A stretch of 64,000 bases of DNA, from positions 4,065 through 68,064 of the forward strand of contig JAGVSJ010000009.1 in assembly GCA_019720975.1 (NCBI GenBank), written 5' to 3'. The translations under genes and the position numbers were made by a program. Below are positions 8,908-18,152 of the stretch, piece after piece. Source of the stretch: Candidatus Sysuiplasma superficiale (GTDB taxonomy: Archaea; Thermoplasmatota; Thermoplasmata; Sysuiplasmatales; Sysuiplasmataceae). The notes beneath the pieces are model-generated. The model searched no databases. It saw only the letters and a list, made by a program, of their open reading frames with translations, and had not been told where the DNA came from. The stretch's first letter is position 1. Each line of letters begins with the position of its first letter.

Positions 8908-10437
8908 ATGAAGGCTGAAAAACGCTTGTTGCGTGGAAGGAAAAGAAAGGAAACCATCTCCCGTATCTACCGGGAAATTGTGTTCCATGGATATACCGCT
9001 TCAGGCATCACAGGGATCAGCGTGAAAAATGCAACCCGGGCGATTGCCGGCATCTCCGTTTACAAATACATCCTGACAGTTTTTGTTGCCGTAGCAATGT
9101 CGCTCCTAGTCGTCTATGCGGCAGTTGGTGGTTCCTATCAGCTTTCAATCTTCCCCATCTCTGTCTTTGTCTGGACCATGCTCATATCCCTTGTGACCGC
9201 AATGCAGCTTTCCTACGGTGCCTCAGGAAGCGGAAACATCAGAAATTTCCTTTACACCGTTCCTCTGACAGAGGAGGAAGCGCTTTCTCTTGCCTCATCT
9301 GCCATGCTCAGAACAATTGATCTACCAATCTTCTCATCGGCTCTTGTCATATTCCTTTCAATTACGGTCTTAGGCATTTACGGCATGCTCTCGGGCATTA
9401 TTGCACTGCTCACAGGCTTCTCCATATTTCTCATTGCGGCTGGATCGGCTGCAAGGATGTTCAGAAGGCTCAGGATACACGGAGGCAAAGGTTTGCTTGT
9501 AAGGCTTATCGCTTCTCTGCCAGTGATATTTTTCCTAGCCGTTCCCACACTCCTTTTCCGGTTTGAAATTCCCATCAGTGCAGCTGAGATGACCTATGTC
9601 CCTGTCCTGAGTCTTTCAGGTATCGCACATGGGAACGGTGTGTCGATTGCAGTATCCAGCATATTTGCACTGCTTCTTCTTGCCGGCGGCAAGAGGATTT
9701 TCAGCAGATATGCGCTTCAGCTGATATCGCCGGATGAACTGGCTGGCAGCAGAAGTGGAAAGCTCCGGATGAAAATAAGAACACCAGTCCGATCACTGAT
9801 AATCACGGACTTGAGGCAGGCATTCAGATCTCCCAGGCTGGCGAGCCTTCTCTTTGTGCCGTTTGTCCTTGTTGCCGTCGTTGCATTCTATTTTACTTCG
9901 TTCAGCGGCAGGCTTTCTGTTCCGTTTCCGGTTCTGTACGCTGAGGATATTCTTCCTGTTGCGTTCGTGAGTTCCTATATTGCATATCTTCTCTATATGA
10001 CCGAGCTGGGAGGACTTGCATATTTCAAACTGCTTTCAATATCCAGGTACCTCAACCTCACTGCAAAGATGATCGTGTCTGTTCTCTTTTACGCAGTATC
10101 GGCACTTCTCCTTACGCTTATATTTGTGATGACAGGAAAGACGGTGTATTACATAGCTGCCGTATACACACTCCTCCTTCCGCTTCTCGTGTCCGTCATA
10201 TTCACCTCCGTATTCTTCCAGAATGCTTCGAGGGATGGAAGGCTGGGGATGAGCAATCCATCATCTTATGCACTCTACACTGCTGTCAATCTTCTGATAT
10301 TTGCCGTGCCGGCAGGTTCCTTCCTGGCGGGCCTGCTCGTCTACAGAAGCATTCTGATTGCAGGTGTCTCCATAGCTTCGGCATCTCTTGTGGAGGGGTT
10401 GCTCATGCTTTTCCTTCTTTCAGTCTCATCTGACTGA
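8908..10437 (+). CDS. polytopic membrane protein, putative permease partner of the upstream ABC ATPase
   Basis: 509-aa ORF with about 12 hydrophobic segments, starting 7 nt after the ATPase stop. No specific family recognised. Confidence 0.5.
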   Translation: MKAEKRLLRGRKRKETISRIYREIVFHGYTASGITGISVKNATRAIAGISVYKYILTVFVAVAMSLLVVYAAVGGSYQLSIFPISVFVWTMLISLVTAMQLSYGASGSGNIRNFLYTVPLTEEEALSLASSAMLRTIDLPIFSSALVIFLSITVLGIYGMLSGIIALLTGFSIFLIAAGSAARMFRRLRIHGGKGLLVRLIASLPVIFFLAVPTLLFRFEIPISAAEMTYVPVLSLSGIAHGNGVSIAVSSIFALLLLAGGKRIFSRYALQLISPDELAGSRSGKLRMKIRTPVRSLIITDLRQAFRSPRLASLLFVPFVLVAVVAFYFTSFSGRLSVPFPVLYAEDILPVAFVSSYIAYLLYMTELGGLAYFKLLSISRYLNLTAKMIVSVLFYAVSALLLTLIFVMTGKTVYYIAAVYTLLLPLLVSVIFTSVFFQNASRDGRLGMSNPSSYALYTAVNLLIFAVPAGSFLAGLLVYRSILIAGVSIASASLVEGLLMLFLLSVSSD

Positions 10438-10481
10438 AAGGCACCACAACACTATTTAAAGGGAGAGGAAAATCAACTGCC

Positions 10482-10841
10482 GTGTACAGGAAGGAGGCGA
10501 TGGAGGCCAGAAGAATTGCAAGGGAGCGAATAGAGAAGCTATTCGGGCTTGCCAGGGATCTTGCGGCATCAGGTGAGAAGGAGAGGAGCAGGATGTACAT
10601 AATGCTTGCAAGGCGGATTGGTATGAAACTTGACATTCCACTGGGACACAGGAGGGAATACTGCAGGAAGTGCAATAGCTATCTCATACCCGGTAGGAAT
10701 GCAAGGGTCAGGATGGGGAGAAAGAAGGTTACTTTGACATGTCTTGAATGTGGAAAGGTGACAAGATTTCCATTTGGAACAAGGGAACGTGCAGGTAGAA
10801 GGGAAAGCAGCGAATACAGCGAGAAGGTGGTATTGCGATAG
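10482..10841 (+). CDS. rnp4: RNase P protein component 4 (Rpp21/Rpr2)
   Basis: Basic N-terminal helices followed by the zinc ribbon CRKCNSYLIPGRNARVRM...LTCLECG, characteristic of archaeal Rpp21. Confidence 0.8.
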   Translation: MYRKEAMEARRIARERIEKLFGLARDLAASGEKERSRMYIMLARRIGMKLDIPLGHRREYCRKCNSYLIPGRNARVRMGRKKVTLTCLECGKVTRFPFGTRERAGRRESSEYSEKVVLR

Positions 10842-11077
10842 ACAGAAGAGAGAGGGCGCTTGCTCATCACCTCAAGGCAACTGTCCTGATAGGAAAGAAG
10901 GGCGTAAGCGATGAGTCGAGAAAGGAGACGATGGCACAGGTGGAAAAGAGGGGGATGGTAAAGGTAAAGTTCAACAGCACTTCAGCTGATATTGATGCAT
11001 TCATAGAGAGCCTGTCTGAAAAGGCGGTGCTTGTGATGAGGACGGGGAGAACAGTTGTTCTGAAGAAGAGGAGATGA
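10838..11077 (+). CDS. YhbY/CRS1-like RNA-binding protein (no canonical start codon)
   Basis: My own translation of frame 2 from 10799 to the TGA at 11075-11077 gives ...IAIDRRERALAHHLKATVLIGKKGVSDESRKETMAQVEKRGMVKVKFNS...VLVMRTGRTVVLKKRR. This matches the YhbY pattern (AH.LKP.V.IGK.G......HELIKVK). It is absent from the ORF track because the first ATG (10931) lies after the conserved AHHLK...IGKKG segment. The candidate start ATA 10838 overlaps the Rpp21 TAG, forming ATAG. Confidence 0.6.
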   Translation: MDRRERALAHHLKATVLIGKKGVSDESRKETMAQVEKRGMVKVKFNSTSADIDAFIESLSEKAVLVMRTGRTVVLKKRR

Positions 11078-11081
11078 AAAC

Positions 11082-12362
11082 ATGCTGGACGCGAAATTCA
11101 TAAGGGACAACAAGGAAGCTGTCAGGGAATCCCTCCGCAACAGGCGCCGTGATACTTCAATACTCGATCGCTTCGAAATGCTCGATCAGAAGTGGAAGGT
11201 ACTTGTTGACAGGAGAAACACTCTCAACCGGATGCGGAATGAGAGCGCAATAAGGGTATCAAAACTTGTCGGGCAAGAGAAAGAAAGGGAGCTTGAAGAT
11301 GCCAGAAAACTGGCTTCTGAACTGAAAAGCGTTAATGAAGAAATAGAGATTGTGGAAAAGGAAAGGGAAGAGCTGCTCCTATATTTTCCGAACATACCGA
11401 GCAGGAAGACACCGGTTGGAAAGGATGAGAGCGAGAATGTCGTTGTCAGAGTACCGGTGCAACCGAAGAACCTTGACTTCAAGCCGCTGCCTCACTATGA
11501 GCTCTGTGATAGACTGGGAATACTTGACCTGAAACGGGGCGCAAAGATAACCGGAAGCGGCTTCTATGTTCTAAGAGGTGAAGGTGCAAGGCTTGAAAGA
11601 GCCCTCATAAACTATATGCTGGACAGACACAGAAAGCAAGGGTACACTGAAGTCCAGGTGCCGGTGATTGTGAGATCCAGGTGTGCCCTTGGAACAGGCC
11701 AGCTGCCTGAGAAACGTGACGATATGTACTGGATCGACGGGGAAGATTTGCTGCTGAATCCCACAGCAGAGGTGCCCGTAACAAATCTGCTGAACGAAGA
11801 GATCCTTTCACTGGAAGAGCTTCCGGTGTACTACACAGCCTATCTGCCTTCATTCAGAAAGGAGGCAGGGAGACACGTTGACCTTAAGGGCATAGGCAGG
11901 GTCCATGAATTCAACAAGGTCGAACTCGTGAAATTTGTTGAACCTGGAACAGCGGAGAAAGAACTGGAAAAACTTGTGGAAGATGCTGAAGAAATCGTAC
12001 GTGGGCTCGGCCTTCCATACAGGATAGTGCACCTATGCACAGGAGACCTGGGCTTTGCAAGTGAGGAAACATATGACATAGAGGTATATGCTCCAGGACT
12101 TGACAGCTGGCTCGAGGTTTCGTCCTGCAGTTCCTTCGGTGACTTTCAGGCCAGAAGGGCGCACATCAAGTTCAGGAGGGAGCCGCATCTCAAGAGCGAA
12201 TTTGTGGCAACGCTGAATGGCTCTGGCCTCGCACTGCCGAGGACATTTATTGGAGTGGTTGAGAATTATCAGACGAAGGAAGGAGACATTGAAATACCGG
12301 AGGTTCTCAGAGGGTACATGGGAGGGGATAGCATAATTTCAGTTGGTAAAAGTTTGAAGTGA
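11082..12362 (+). CDS. serS: seryl-tRNA synthetase
   Basis: N-terminal coiled-coil arm plus class II motifs (FRKEAG, GRVHEFNKVE, GSGLALPRT). Confidence 0.95.
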   Translation: MLDAKFIRDNKEAVRESLRNRRRDTSILDRFEMLDQKWKVLVDRRNTLNRMRNESAIRVSKLVGQEKERELEDARKLASELKSVNEEIEIVEKEREELLLYFPNIPSRKTPVGKDESENVVVRVPVQPKNLDFKPLPHYELCDRLGILDLKRGAKITGSGFYVLRGEGARLERALINYMLDRHRKQGYTEVQVPVIVRSRCALGTGQLPEKRDDMYWIDGEDLLLNPTAEVPVTNLLNEEILSLEELPVYYTAYLPSFRKEAGRHVDLKGIGRVHEFNKVELVKFVEPGTAEKELEKLVEDAEEIVRGLGLPYRIVHLCTGDLGFASEETYDIEVYAPGLDSWLEVSSCSSFGDFQARRAHIKFRREPHLKSEFVATLNGSGLALPRTFIGVVENYQTKEGDIEIPEVLRGYMGGDSIISVGKSLK

Positions 12363-12431
12363 TAATTATAAGAACTATGAAAATCAATTTACCCCGGCGG
12401 GTCCTGATGGACCCTGTAATCCGGTGTTTAG

Positions 12432-12896
12432 ATGGAGGATGTTGTTGAGATAATTGCATGTCCTGTTTGCAATCAGGAAGTCACGCTCGAAGACGAGTCC
12501 TGCCCGTTCTGCGGCGCAGAATTTGCGCCAGGAGTTGTGAGCAGTGGAAACAGGGCAGGGAGAAACGTTGCAAACACTCATTCAGCCAGCATATCCTCAA
12601 GGACACATACTGGCCCAGCCTCATCCCGCGCCATGCAGATGGGACTCCTTGGCATTACATATGTTCTGGGATATGTGACAATTGTTGTTGCAAATTACAT
12701 CTCAAACGGCGGGCTGGTCAACACGGGGCCAGAGATGATACTCATAGGAGTAGGTGCGGTGACCATAATGATCGCTCTTGCCGGTGCGGTGATCCTTGGA
12801 AAGATAGGTGGTCCGGCATCATTCAGGTTCAACATACCTCTACTGGCAGGCTTCATCCTTCTTCTGCCGACACTTCTGTTCATATTCAGAATTTAG
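12432..12896 (+). CDS. zinc-ribbon membrane protein
   Basis: N-terminal CPVCNQ...CPFCG ribbon followed by 3 predicted TM helices. The overlapping alternative frame (12458..12934) lacks such features. Confidence 0.5.
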   Translation: MEDVVEIIACPVCNQEVTLEDESCPFCGAEFAPGVVSSGNRAGRNVANTHSASISSRTHTGPASSRAMQMGLLGITYVLGYVTIVVANYISNGGLVNTGPEMILIGVGAVTIMIALAGAVILGKIGGPASFRFNIPLLAGFILLLPTLLFIFRI

Positions 12897-12935
12897 CAGC
12901 GGTTATGCTCTTTTCTTCTCGCTTTGTGAGATAGC

Positions 12936-13613
12936 TCATTCTGGTGGTGCCGCCTCGATCTGGCGTACCATTCCCTGCTTCTTCCGCGATATGCGTATGA
13001 ACTGAAAGAACACGCCAATAACTATTATGGCAAACGCAATCAGTGTGGATAACTGGCCCACCCTGAAAACTGTAAGCCCATAGTCAACGAGTATACCTCC
13101 AGCAACAGCTGTGAAAACGACGATAAGATCCTTGAAATAGATGATACATATGACAAACACTGCAAGTCCAACCACCAGTGCAACAATAAACGGAACTGTG
13201 GAGGACTGGGCTGATCTACCGAGAACACCGCCTTTTATGCCAAGGAGTATGAGTGTCCCGACCATGGCGAAATATGCAATTAACAGCGATATTCCTATTT
13301 CAGCAATATAGTAGAAAAGTATTCCTCCCACTATGGCACCTATCAACCCGAGTATCAGACCGCCTACAAAACCTGCAAAAGCTGTTCCGAATGCAAGCCC
13401 AAGTGAGGCACCAAGTATGACACCAATGAGAGATGTTAGTATTTTCCACATCTCCTCACCTGCAAAAGCAAGAAGCAGACCTATCGCAATCGATATGAAG
13501 CCTATGTAAGGGTACACAGTTCTGGGAATGGAAGGTATAATCGCGTACATGTGAGAGAGCATTGTCAGTGATTCAACACACTGAGTATAATTACTTTCAC
13601 TAACCGGTATCAC
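12936..13613 (-). CDS. glycine-zipper-rich polytopic membrane protein
   Basis: 225-aa ORF with 5-6 hydrophobic, G/A-rich helices. No family recognised. Confidence 0.45.
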   Translation of the reverse strand: MIPVSESNYTQCVESLTMLSHMYAIIPSIPRTVYPYIGFISIAIGLLLAFAGEEMWKILTSLIGVILGASLGLAFGTAFAGFVGGLILGLIGAIVGGILFYYIAEIGISLLIAYFAMVGTLILLGIKGGVLGRSAQSSTVPFIVALVVGLAVFVICIIYFKDLIVVFTAVAGGILVDYGLTVFRVGQLSTLIAFAIIVIGVFFQFIRISRKKQGMVRQIEAAPPE

Positions 13614-13654
13614 TGCATCTCAAGTGCATAAACCGGATGAAGGTCAAGCAGGCT

Positions 13655-13682
13655 AAAAATAAGCGGGTCTTCGTGAGACCCG
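13655..13682 (-). terminator. hairpin plus T-tract downstream of the small zinc-ribbon gene
   Basis: On the minus strand, CGGGTCT-CACGA-AGACCCG (7-bp stem, 13664-13682) is followed by CTTATTTTTAG. Confidence 0.35.
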
Positions 13683-13706
13683 ATTCGTAAGTTAAAATTA
13701 AGAAAT

Positions 13707-13913
13707 TTACTTTCCAATCCTGAACACTTTTGTCCCGCAGTTTGGACAGGTTCCCTTTGTGGCAGGTTTGCCATTCTTCAACTTTGTCTTTACCGGGTTC
13801 TTTATTTCAACCGACTTCTTGCACTTTACACAATATGCTTTGACTTTGTCAGGCGTGGATTCCACCTTGCCCGTCCATTTACATTGTATTATAAAAAAGC
13901 ATCGTGATTTCAC
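13707..13913 (-). CDS. small zinc-ribbon protein (DUF5679-like)
   Basis: CVKCKK...CPNCGTKVFRIGK, with two CxxC pairs in a lysine-rich 50-aa core. The true start may be the GTG at 13865. Confidence 0.55.
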   Translation of the reverse strand: MKSRCFFIIQCKWTGKVESTPDKVKAYCVKCKKSVEIKNPVKTKLKNGKPATKGTCPNCGTKVFRIGK

Positions 13914-14058
13914 GAAGGAATCGAGCTCACTTTGAGCTCAAAACCTGAGATTAGGAGTGAAAGAAAGCTGAGCTCAATTTAGCTGAAAGTAGCAGAATCG
14001 TTAACAAGTTATTAATACAAAGGTTGACAAGAAGATAGCGCATTAACCGGAATTAACT

Positions 14059-15066
14059 ATGAAAGAACCTTTCATAAGCGTTATCGTCACTGCATACAAC
14101 AGAAAGGAGTACCTCAGGGAAGCACTGCAGTCTGTGGCGGACCAGGACCTTCCAAAGGAGGAATTTGAAACATTTGTGGTGATGAATTTTGAAGACAGAG
14201 AAATAGAGGAGATGTGCCACAGACTGAATGCGGAAATCATCCATACAGTGGAAAGAAACGTTGCGCTCTTCAGGTATGAAGCGATTGATCGCGCAAGAGG
14301 ACAGGTGCTTGTCTTTCTTGACGATGATGACAGATGGGAAAGCAGAAAACTGAGCCATGTTTTCGAACTCTTCAGCAGGGACAGAAACCTGGGTTTTTAC
14401 AGGAATTCTATACGCTTCATCAATCACGACGGTGTGGAGATTGATAATCCTTACAGGTACAGGCCGATTCAGTACAGGGAGAAGGGATCGCGCCTTTACA
14501 TTCCGGGAAAGGTTCTTGAAGGTTATTCCGAACACATAATAAACAGGCGCTATGATTTCAACTGCAGCTCAATCTCAATCAGGAAAGACATACTGGCACT
14601 GAACAGAGAAAGTGCCCGTGGAATACAATCATCCTTTGACAGTTTCATGTTTTACTGCACGGTGATGAGCGGATATTCCTTCCTTGTCGACAACAGCGTA
14701 CTCACATACTACAGGATAAATGGAAATAGCATTTCATTCACTCCGACACTGGACTTCTCAGCCAGACAGATAGTGACCTACGGCACAATGCAGGCAATGG
14801 CTGTAAGACATGGCAAGATGGTACTGCTGAGACTGATTGAGAGGCAGATTGCATTCTTCGAACTAATCAACGCTATTCACAAGAGTGACGTGAAAAAGAA
14901 GGAGGTAATCTCTCTCGCAGTCCTGTTCTCACGTTACCTCAGGATATACAAAATAGTTGAAAATACTGTAACAGAAATCATCTCCCTCGTCTATGTCATA
15001 CATCCGCCTCTCGGTAGATCGCTTTACGCCAAGTTCACCTCTGTTAGCAGTTCGGTGCTGCCCTGA
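14059..15066 (+). CDS. glycosyltransferase family 2
   Basis: ISVIVTAYNRKEYLREALQSVADQD followed by FLDDDD (DxD). Confidence 0.8.
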   Translation: MKEPFISVIVTAYNRKEYLREALQSVADQDLPKEEFETFVVMNFEDREIEEMCHRLNAEIIHTVERNVALFRYEAIDRARGQVLVFLDDDDRWESRKLSHVFELFSRDRNLGFYRNSIRFINHDGVEIDNPYRYRPIQYREKGSRLYIPGKVLEGYSEHIINRRYDFNCSSISIRKDILALNRESARGIQSSFDSFMFYCTVMSGYSFLVDNSVLTYYRINGNSISFTPTLDFSARQIVTYGTMQAMAVRHGKMVLLRLIERQIAFFELINAIHKSDVKKKEVISLAVLFSRYLRIYKIVENTVTEIISLVYVIHPPLGRSLYAKFTSVSSSVLP

Positions 15067-15106
15067 ATGAGCGTTGAGCACAAAAATGACCTTCAGGATG
15101 CCGTGC

Positions 15107-16657
15107 TCATGAAGACGATGCAAGGTTTCTGAGAATACAGAACAGATAAGTGAAGCCGTCGTCTGGCCTGTTTGGAGAATCTATACCTGAGAGGTATTGG
15201 ATATCAATATCCTCTATCCTTCTGACAGTGTAAGCCTGGGCATCCATTGCCTGAAAGCATTCACTAGACACAACAGGCTTGTGAAGAGCTGAAGCAAGGC
15301 GCATTGAGCCTGAGGACTGCACCACGCTGACCTGGGAAAACAGGATGTGTGTGCAGGAACTGAGCTTACGGAACAGTTCTTCCGGAGTGAAAAAACCCAC
15401 CTCGACATTGACGTTCCGTGAAACGCAACGATTCATGATGCGCTTCGCATGTCTTTCAGTTCTTCTCCTGAAGTTCTCGTCGGTATCCGAAACACTTAGT
15501 AAGACCTTACAGGGAACGCCCAGCTTTTCAGCCAGCCTGCATATCTTCTCCACCCTCTTGTACGGTGCAGCAAACCCAAAAGTGCCTATGCACAGTCGGT
15601 CGGATTTCTTAACGGAGTCCGCGTCATTGTTAAATTCCGGGTAATCGTAATTTATATGTGGCATCAAATAGTAATTTGAAAACTCAGGGAATGAACTTGC
15701 TCCTGCAGTGCCGATCCTCATCATGCATTTTATGCGGCCTGCCATCAGAGATAAAAATTTCAACGAATGTCTGAGTGGATCATTCCTGAATATATAGTAT
15801 GCGGAAACTGCCCTCAGCCATATGTCTCTGCCGTACAGGTCTATTGTTTCCCTGGTTTGCCTCAGGAGGAGGATGTGCTTCTGCATCTCAATTGCGACAT
15901 CTGATTCAAAAGGCAGAGAATGGCATTCGATGACGATCCTACTTTCCGAAGGCAATGTCAGCTTCATATTTCTTTCATACTCGAGCACTGTGGGAAGAGA
16001 AAGGTTGACTCCCTCGAATGAGGTTGAAAGATTTACATTCACACCCATTCTTCTGAATCTACTTGCAAGCATTGAAGTGTATTCACCTATACCATCCTTC
16101 CTTCCAAGAAAAGGACATACGATATTAACCTCGGAGAGCACTCTTCCAGCTTTTCCGATGAGCGGCCTCTTATTGAAGCAGAGAACAGACAGCCGGTCGC
16201 TGACGTAACTTTCGGATGAAATGGTTGCTTCCGCTGCGTGACGAAAAATTGATGACACCTCACATGACATAGATTCCACTGAACTTTCAGTATGACTTCC
16301 CTTTCCTGCAAGTATGAACACAATCAGTATGCGTGCTTCAGACTCAGTCACCCTCATCAGTTCATCGACTACCGCATTGAATGCGGTGCTATTTTTTCCA
16401 GGAAGGTAAATCGCCAGCCTGTACATACAGTCTGGAAGATGCGTCATAGGTCCGCAGGAATACCAGCACTTCACATATGTGTTGAATTTCTGCCTGAGTA
16501 TATTGCTGTCTGATGAGACCACATGCAGATTGCTGTATCCTGAAGATACAATTTCGTCCACGAGCCATACATGCGCGAGATCCGGAATCCAGAGAAGGAC
16601 GTATGGATTCAGCCGAGGATCAGCCTTTTCCAGCAAGTATTCGGTGAAGCTTCTCAT
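15107..16657 (-). CDS. uncharacterised protein with GT1/GT4-like C-terminal domain
   Basis: 516 aa. The C-terminal third (GTFGFAAPYKR...LLSVSD...VEVGFFTPEEL...SGSMRLASALHKPVV) looks like a GT-B C-terminal Rossmann domain. The N-terminal 300 aa are unassigned. Confidence 0.45.
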   Translation of the reverse strand: MRSFTEYLLEKADPRLNPYVLLWIPDLAHVWLVDEIVSSGYSNLHVVSSDSNILRQKFNTYVKCWYSCGPMTHLPDCMYRLAIYLPGKNSTAFNAVVDELMRVTESEARILIVFILAGKGSHTESSVESMSCEVSSIFRHAAEATISSESYVSDRLSVLCFNKRPLIGKAGRVLSEVNIVCPFLGRKDGIGEYTSMLASRFRRMGVNVNLSTSFEGVNLSLPTVLEYERNMKLTLPSESRIVIECHSLPFESDVAIEMQKHILLLRQTRETIDLYGRDIWLRAVSAYYIFRNDPLRHSLKFLSLMAGRIKCMMRIGTAGASSFPEFSNYYLMPHINYDYPEFNNDADSVKKSDRLCIGTFGFAAPYKRVEKICRLAEKLGVPCKVLLSVSDTDENFRRRTERHAKRIMNRCVSRNVNVEVGFFTPEELFRKLSSCTHILFSQVSVVQSSGSMRLASALHKPVVSSECFQAMDAQAYTVRRIEDIDIQYLSGIDSPNRPDDGFTYLFCILRNLASSS

Positions 16658-16760
16658 CAGTCTCCATGAAGGAAGAGCACTATCTATAATAGCATATCAG
16701 CACAAGAAAGCCTGAAGGGCATAATCATGTTGCGCTCAGCCGTTGCAAGTAAGTTGAAAT

Positions 16761-18152
16761 ATGCGTAAGCTGACAGATAGCTATTTCAAACAGACGAATA
16801 TAAGCAGATTAAGGGAAGAACTGGGTCATGAAATGCAAGCTGAAGAGAGGCAGAAACTGCTGAATTGGCTCTACAGCCTTGAAAATTTCGGGATCAAGCT
16901 TGGTCTCGAAAACATGAAGAAACTGCTTGACAGACTGGGAAATCCCCAGGAGAAGTACAGGACAGTGCATGTTGCCGGAACCAACGGCAAAGGATCCGTA
17001 TGTGCGCTAGTAGCGTCAATTCTCACCGCCGAAGGATATGTCACCGGACTGTATACATCACCTCACTTTGTTGATTTTGAAGAGAGGATCAAGATCAATG
17101 GTAAGTGCATATCTGAGGATGAGCTTGTGGAGTACGCCGGAAAGGTGAGAGGCGCCCTGTTTCAGATCTTCGGCGACAACAGCAGGGACATGACATTCTT
17201 CGAGATAACTACAGCCATTGCATTTCTCTACTTTGCAGAAAGAAATGTCGAGTTTGCGGTCATTGAAGTCGGGCTTGGAGGAAGGCTCGATGCAACCAAT
17301 GTGATAGTGCCCGAAGTTGCTGCAATCACTCATATCGCGCTCGAGCATACACAATACCTGGGAAATACTCTCACCTCAATAGCGTTCGAAAAGGGCGGGA
17401 TCATCAAAAAGAGAGTCCCTGTCATATCTGCCGAAACAAGGGCTGAGCCTCTCAATGAGCTGAAGCGCATCGCTTCGGTGAACGAGACCGTTCTGGAGGA
17501 CGCCCACAGATTGGTTGATATTGAGGTTATCGAAAAGGGACTCGGTCTGCTGAGATTCAACGCTTATGGCCTCGCAGAATACAGGAATCTGATGTGCCCG
17601 CTATGGGGAGCCTACCAGATACCCAACATAAAGCTGTCGATAGCGGCTGTTGAGAAACTGCAGCAGCTCGGTACATACATAAGCAATGGAGCTGTAACGA
17701 AAGGCGTATCAACAGTTTTCTGGCCCGGGAGATTGCAGCTGGCGGGGAGGGAGATGACATTCATATTTGATTCTGCGCACAATCCGGATGCCGCCCAAGC
17801 ACTAGCCGCTTCCATTCTTGAGGTCACAGACGAGAAGTTTCTTTGTGTCATAGGTGTTCTTTCAGACAAGAACCTCGATGGTATAATGGACAATCTCGTC
17901 AGCGTTTCAGATGGGTTCATATGCGCCTCACCATCCTCCTCACGATCAAGACCTGCTTCAGAACTCGTTGCCTCCGCAGTCAGAAGAGGTAAGATCGCAG
18001 TGGAAGCACCCGATGTTGGAGATGCAATGAGAATGGCGCTGGAGTCGGCCCGCGGGAGAAAGGTGATCGTCACAGGTTCTCTCAGAACAGTGGGCGAGGC
18101 GATGAAATGGTGGTCAGACACTTATGGCGAAAAACTCTGGAAGCAGGAATGA
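16761..18152 (+). CDS. folC: folylpolyglutamate synthase / dihydrofolate synthase (Mur ligase family)
   Basis: P-loop VHVAGTNGKGSV, FEITTAIAFLYF and the Mur-ligase C-terminal domain. An alternative start lies at ATG 16833. Confidence 0.8.
   Translation: MRKLTDSYFKQTNISRLREELGHEMQAEERQKLLNWLYSLENFGIKLGLENMKKLLDRLGNPQEKYRTVHVAGTNGKGSVCALVASILTAEGYVTGLYTSPHFVDFEERIKINGKCISEDELVEYAGKVRGALFQIFGDNSRDMTFFEITTAIAFLYFAERNVEFAVIEVGLGGRLDATNVIVPEVAAITHIALEHTQYLGNTLTSIAFEKGGIIKKRVPVISAETRAEPLNELKRIASVNETVLEDAHRLVDIEVIEKGLGLLRFNAYGLAEYRNLMCPLWGAYQIPNIKLSIAAVEKLQQLGTYISNGAVTKGVSTVFWPGRLQLAGREMTFIFDSAHNPDAAQALAASILEVTDEKFLCVIGVLSDKNLDGIMDNLVSVSDGFICASPSSSRSRPASELVASAVRRGKIAVEAPDVGDAMRMALESARGRKVIVTGSLRTVGEAMKWWSDTYGEKLWKQE

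Noticed and set aside
10839-10841. Rpp21-YhbY fusion by stop-codon readthrough or frameshift
   Set aside because: The YhbY frame is offset from the Rpp21 frame, and Rpp21 already has a normal length and C-terminus. Reinitiation at the overlapping ATA is the simpler explanation, although a frameshift cannot be excluded from sequence alone.
12458-12934. 158-aa alternative frame overlapping the zinc-ribbon membrane protein
   Set aside because: Arg/Cys-rich translation with no hydrophobic or motif structure. The 12432 frame has a zinc ribbon and TM helices.
17612-18121. 169-aa minus-strand ORF antisense to folC
   Set aside because: Shadow ORF opposite a Mur-ligase-family gene with a P-loop.
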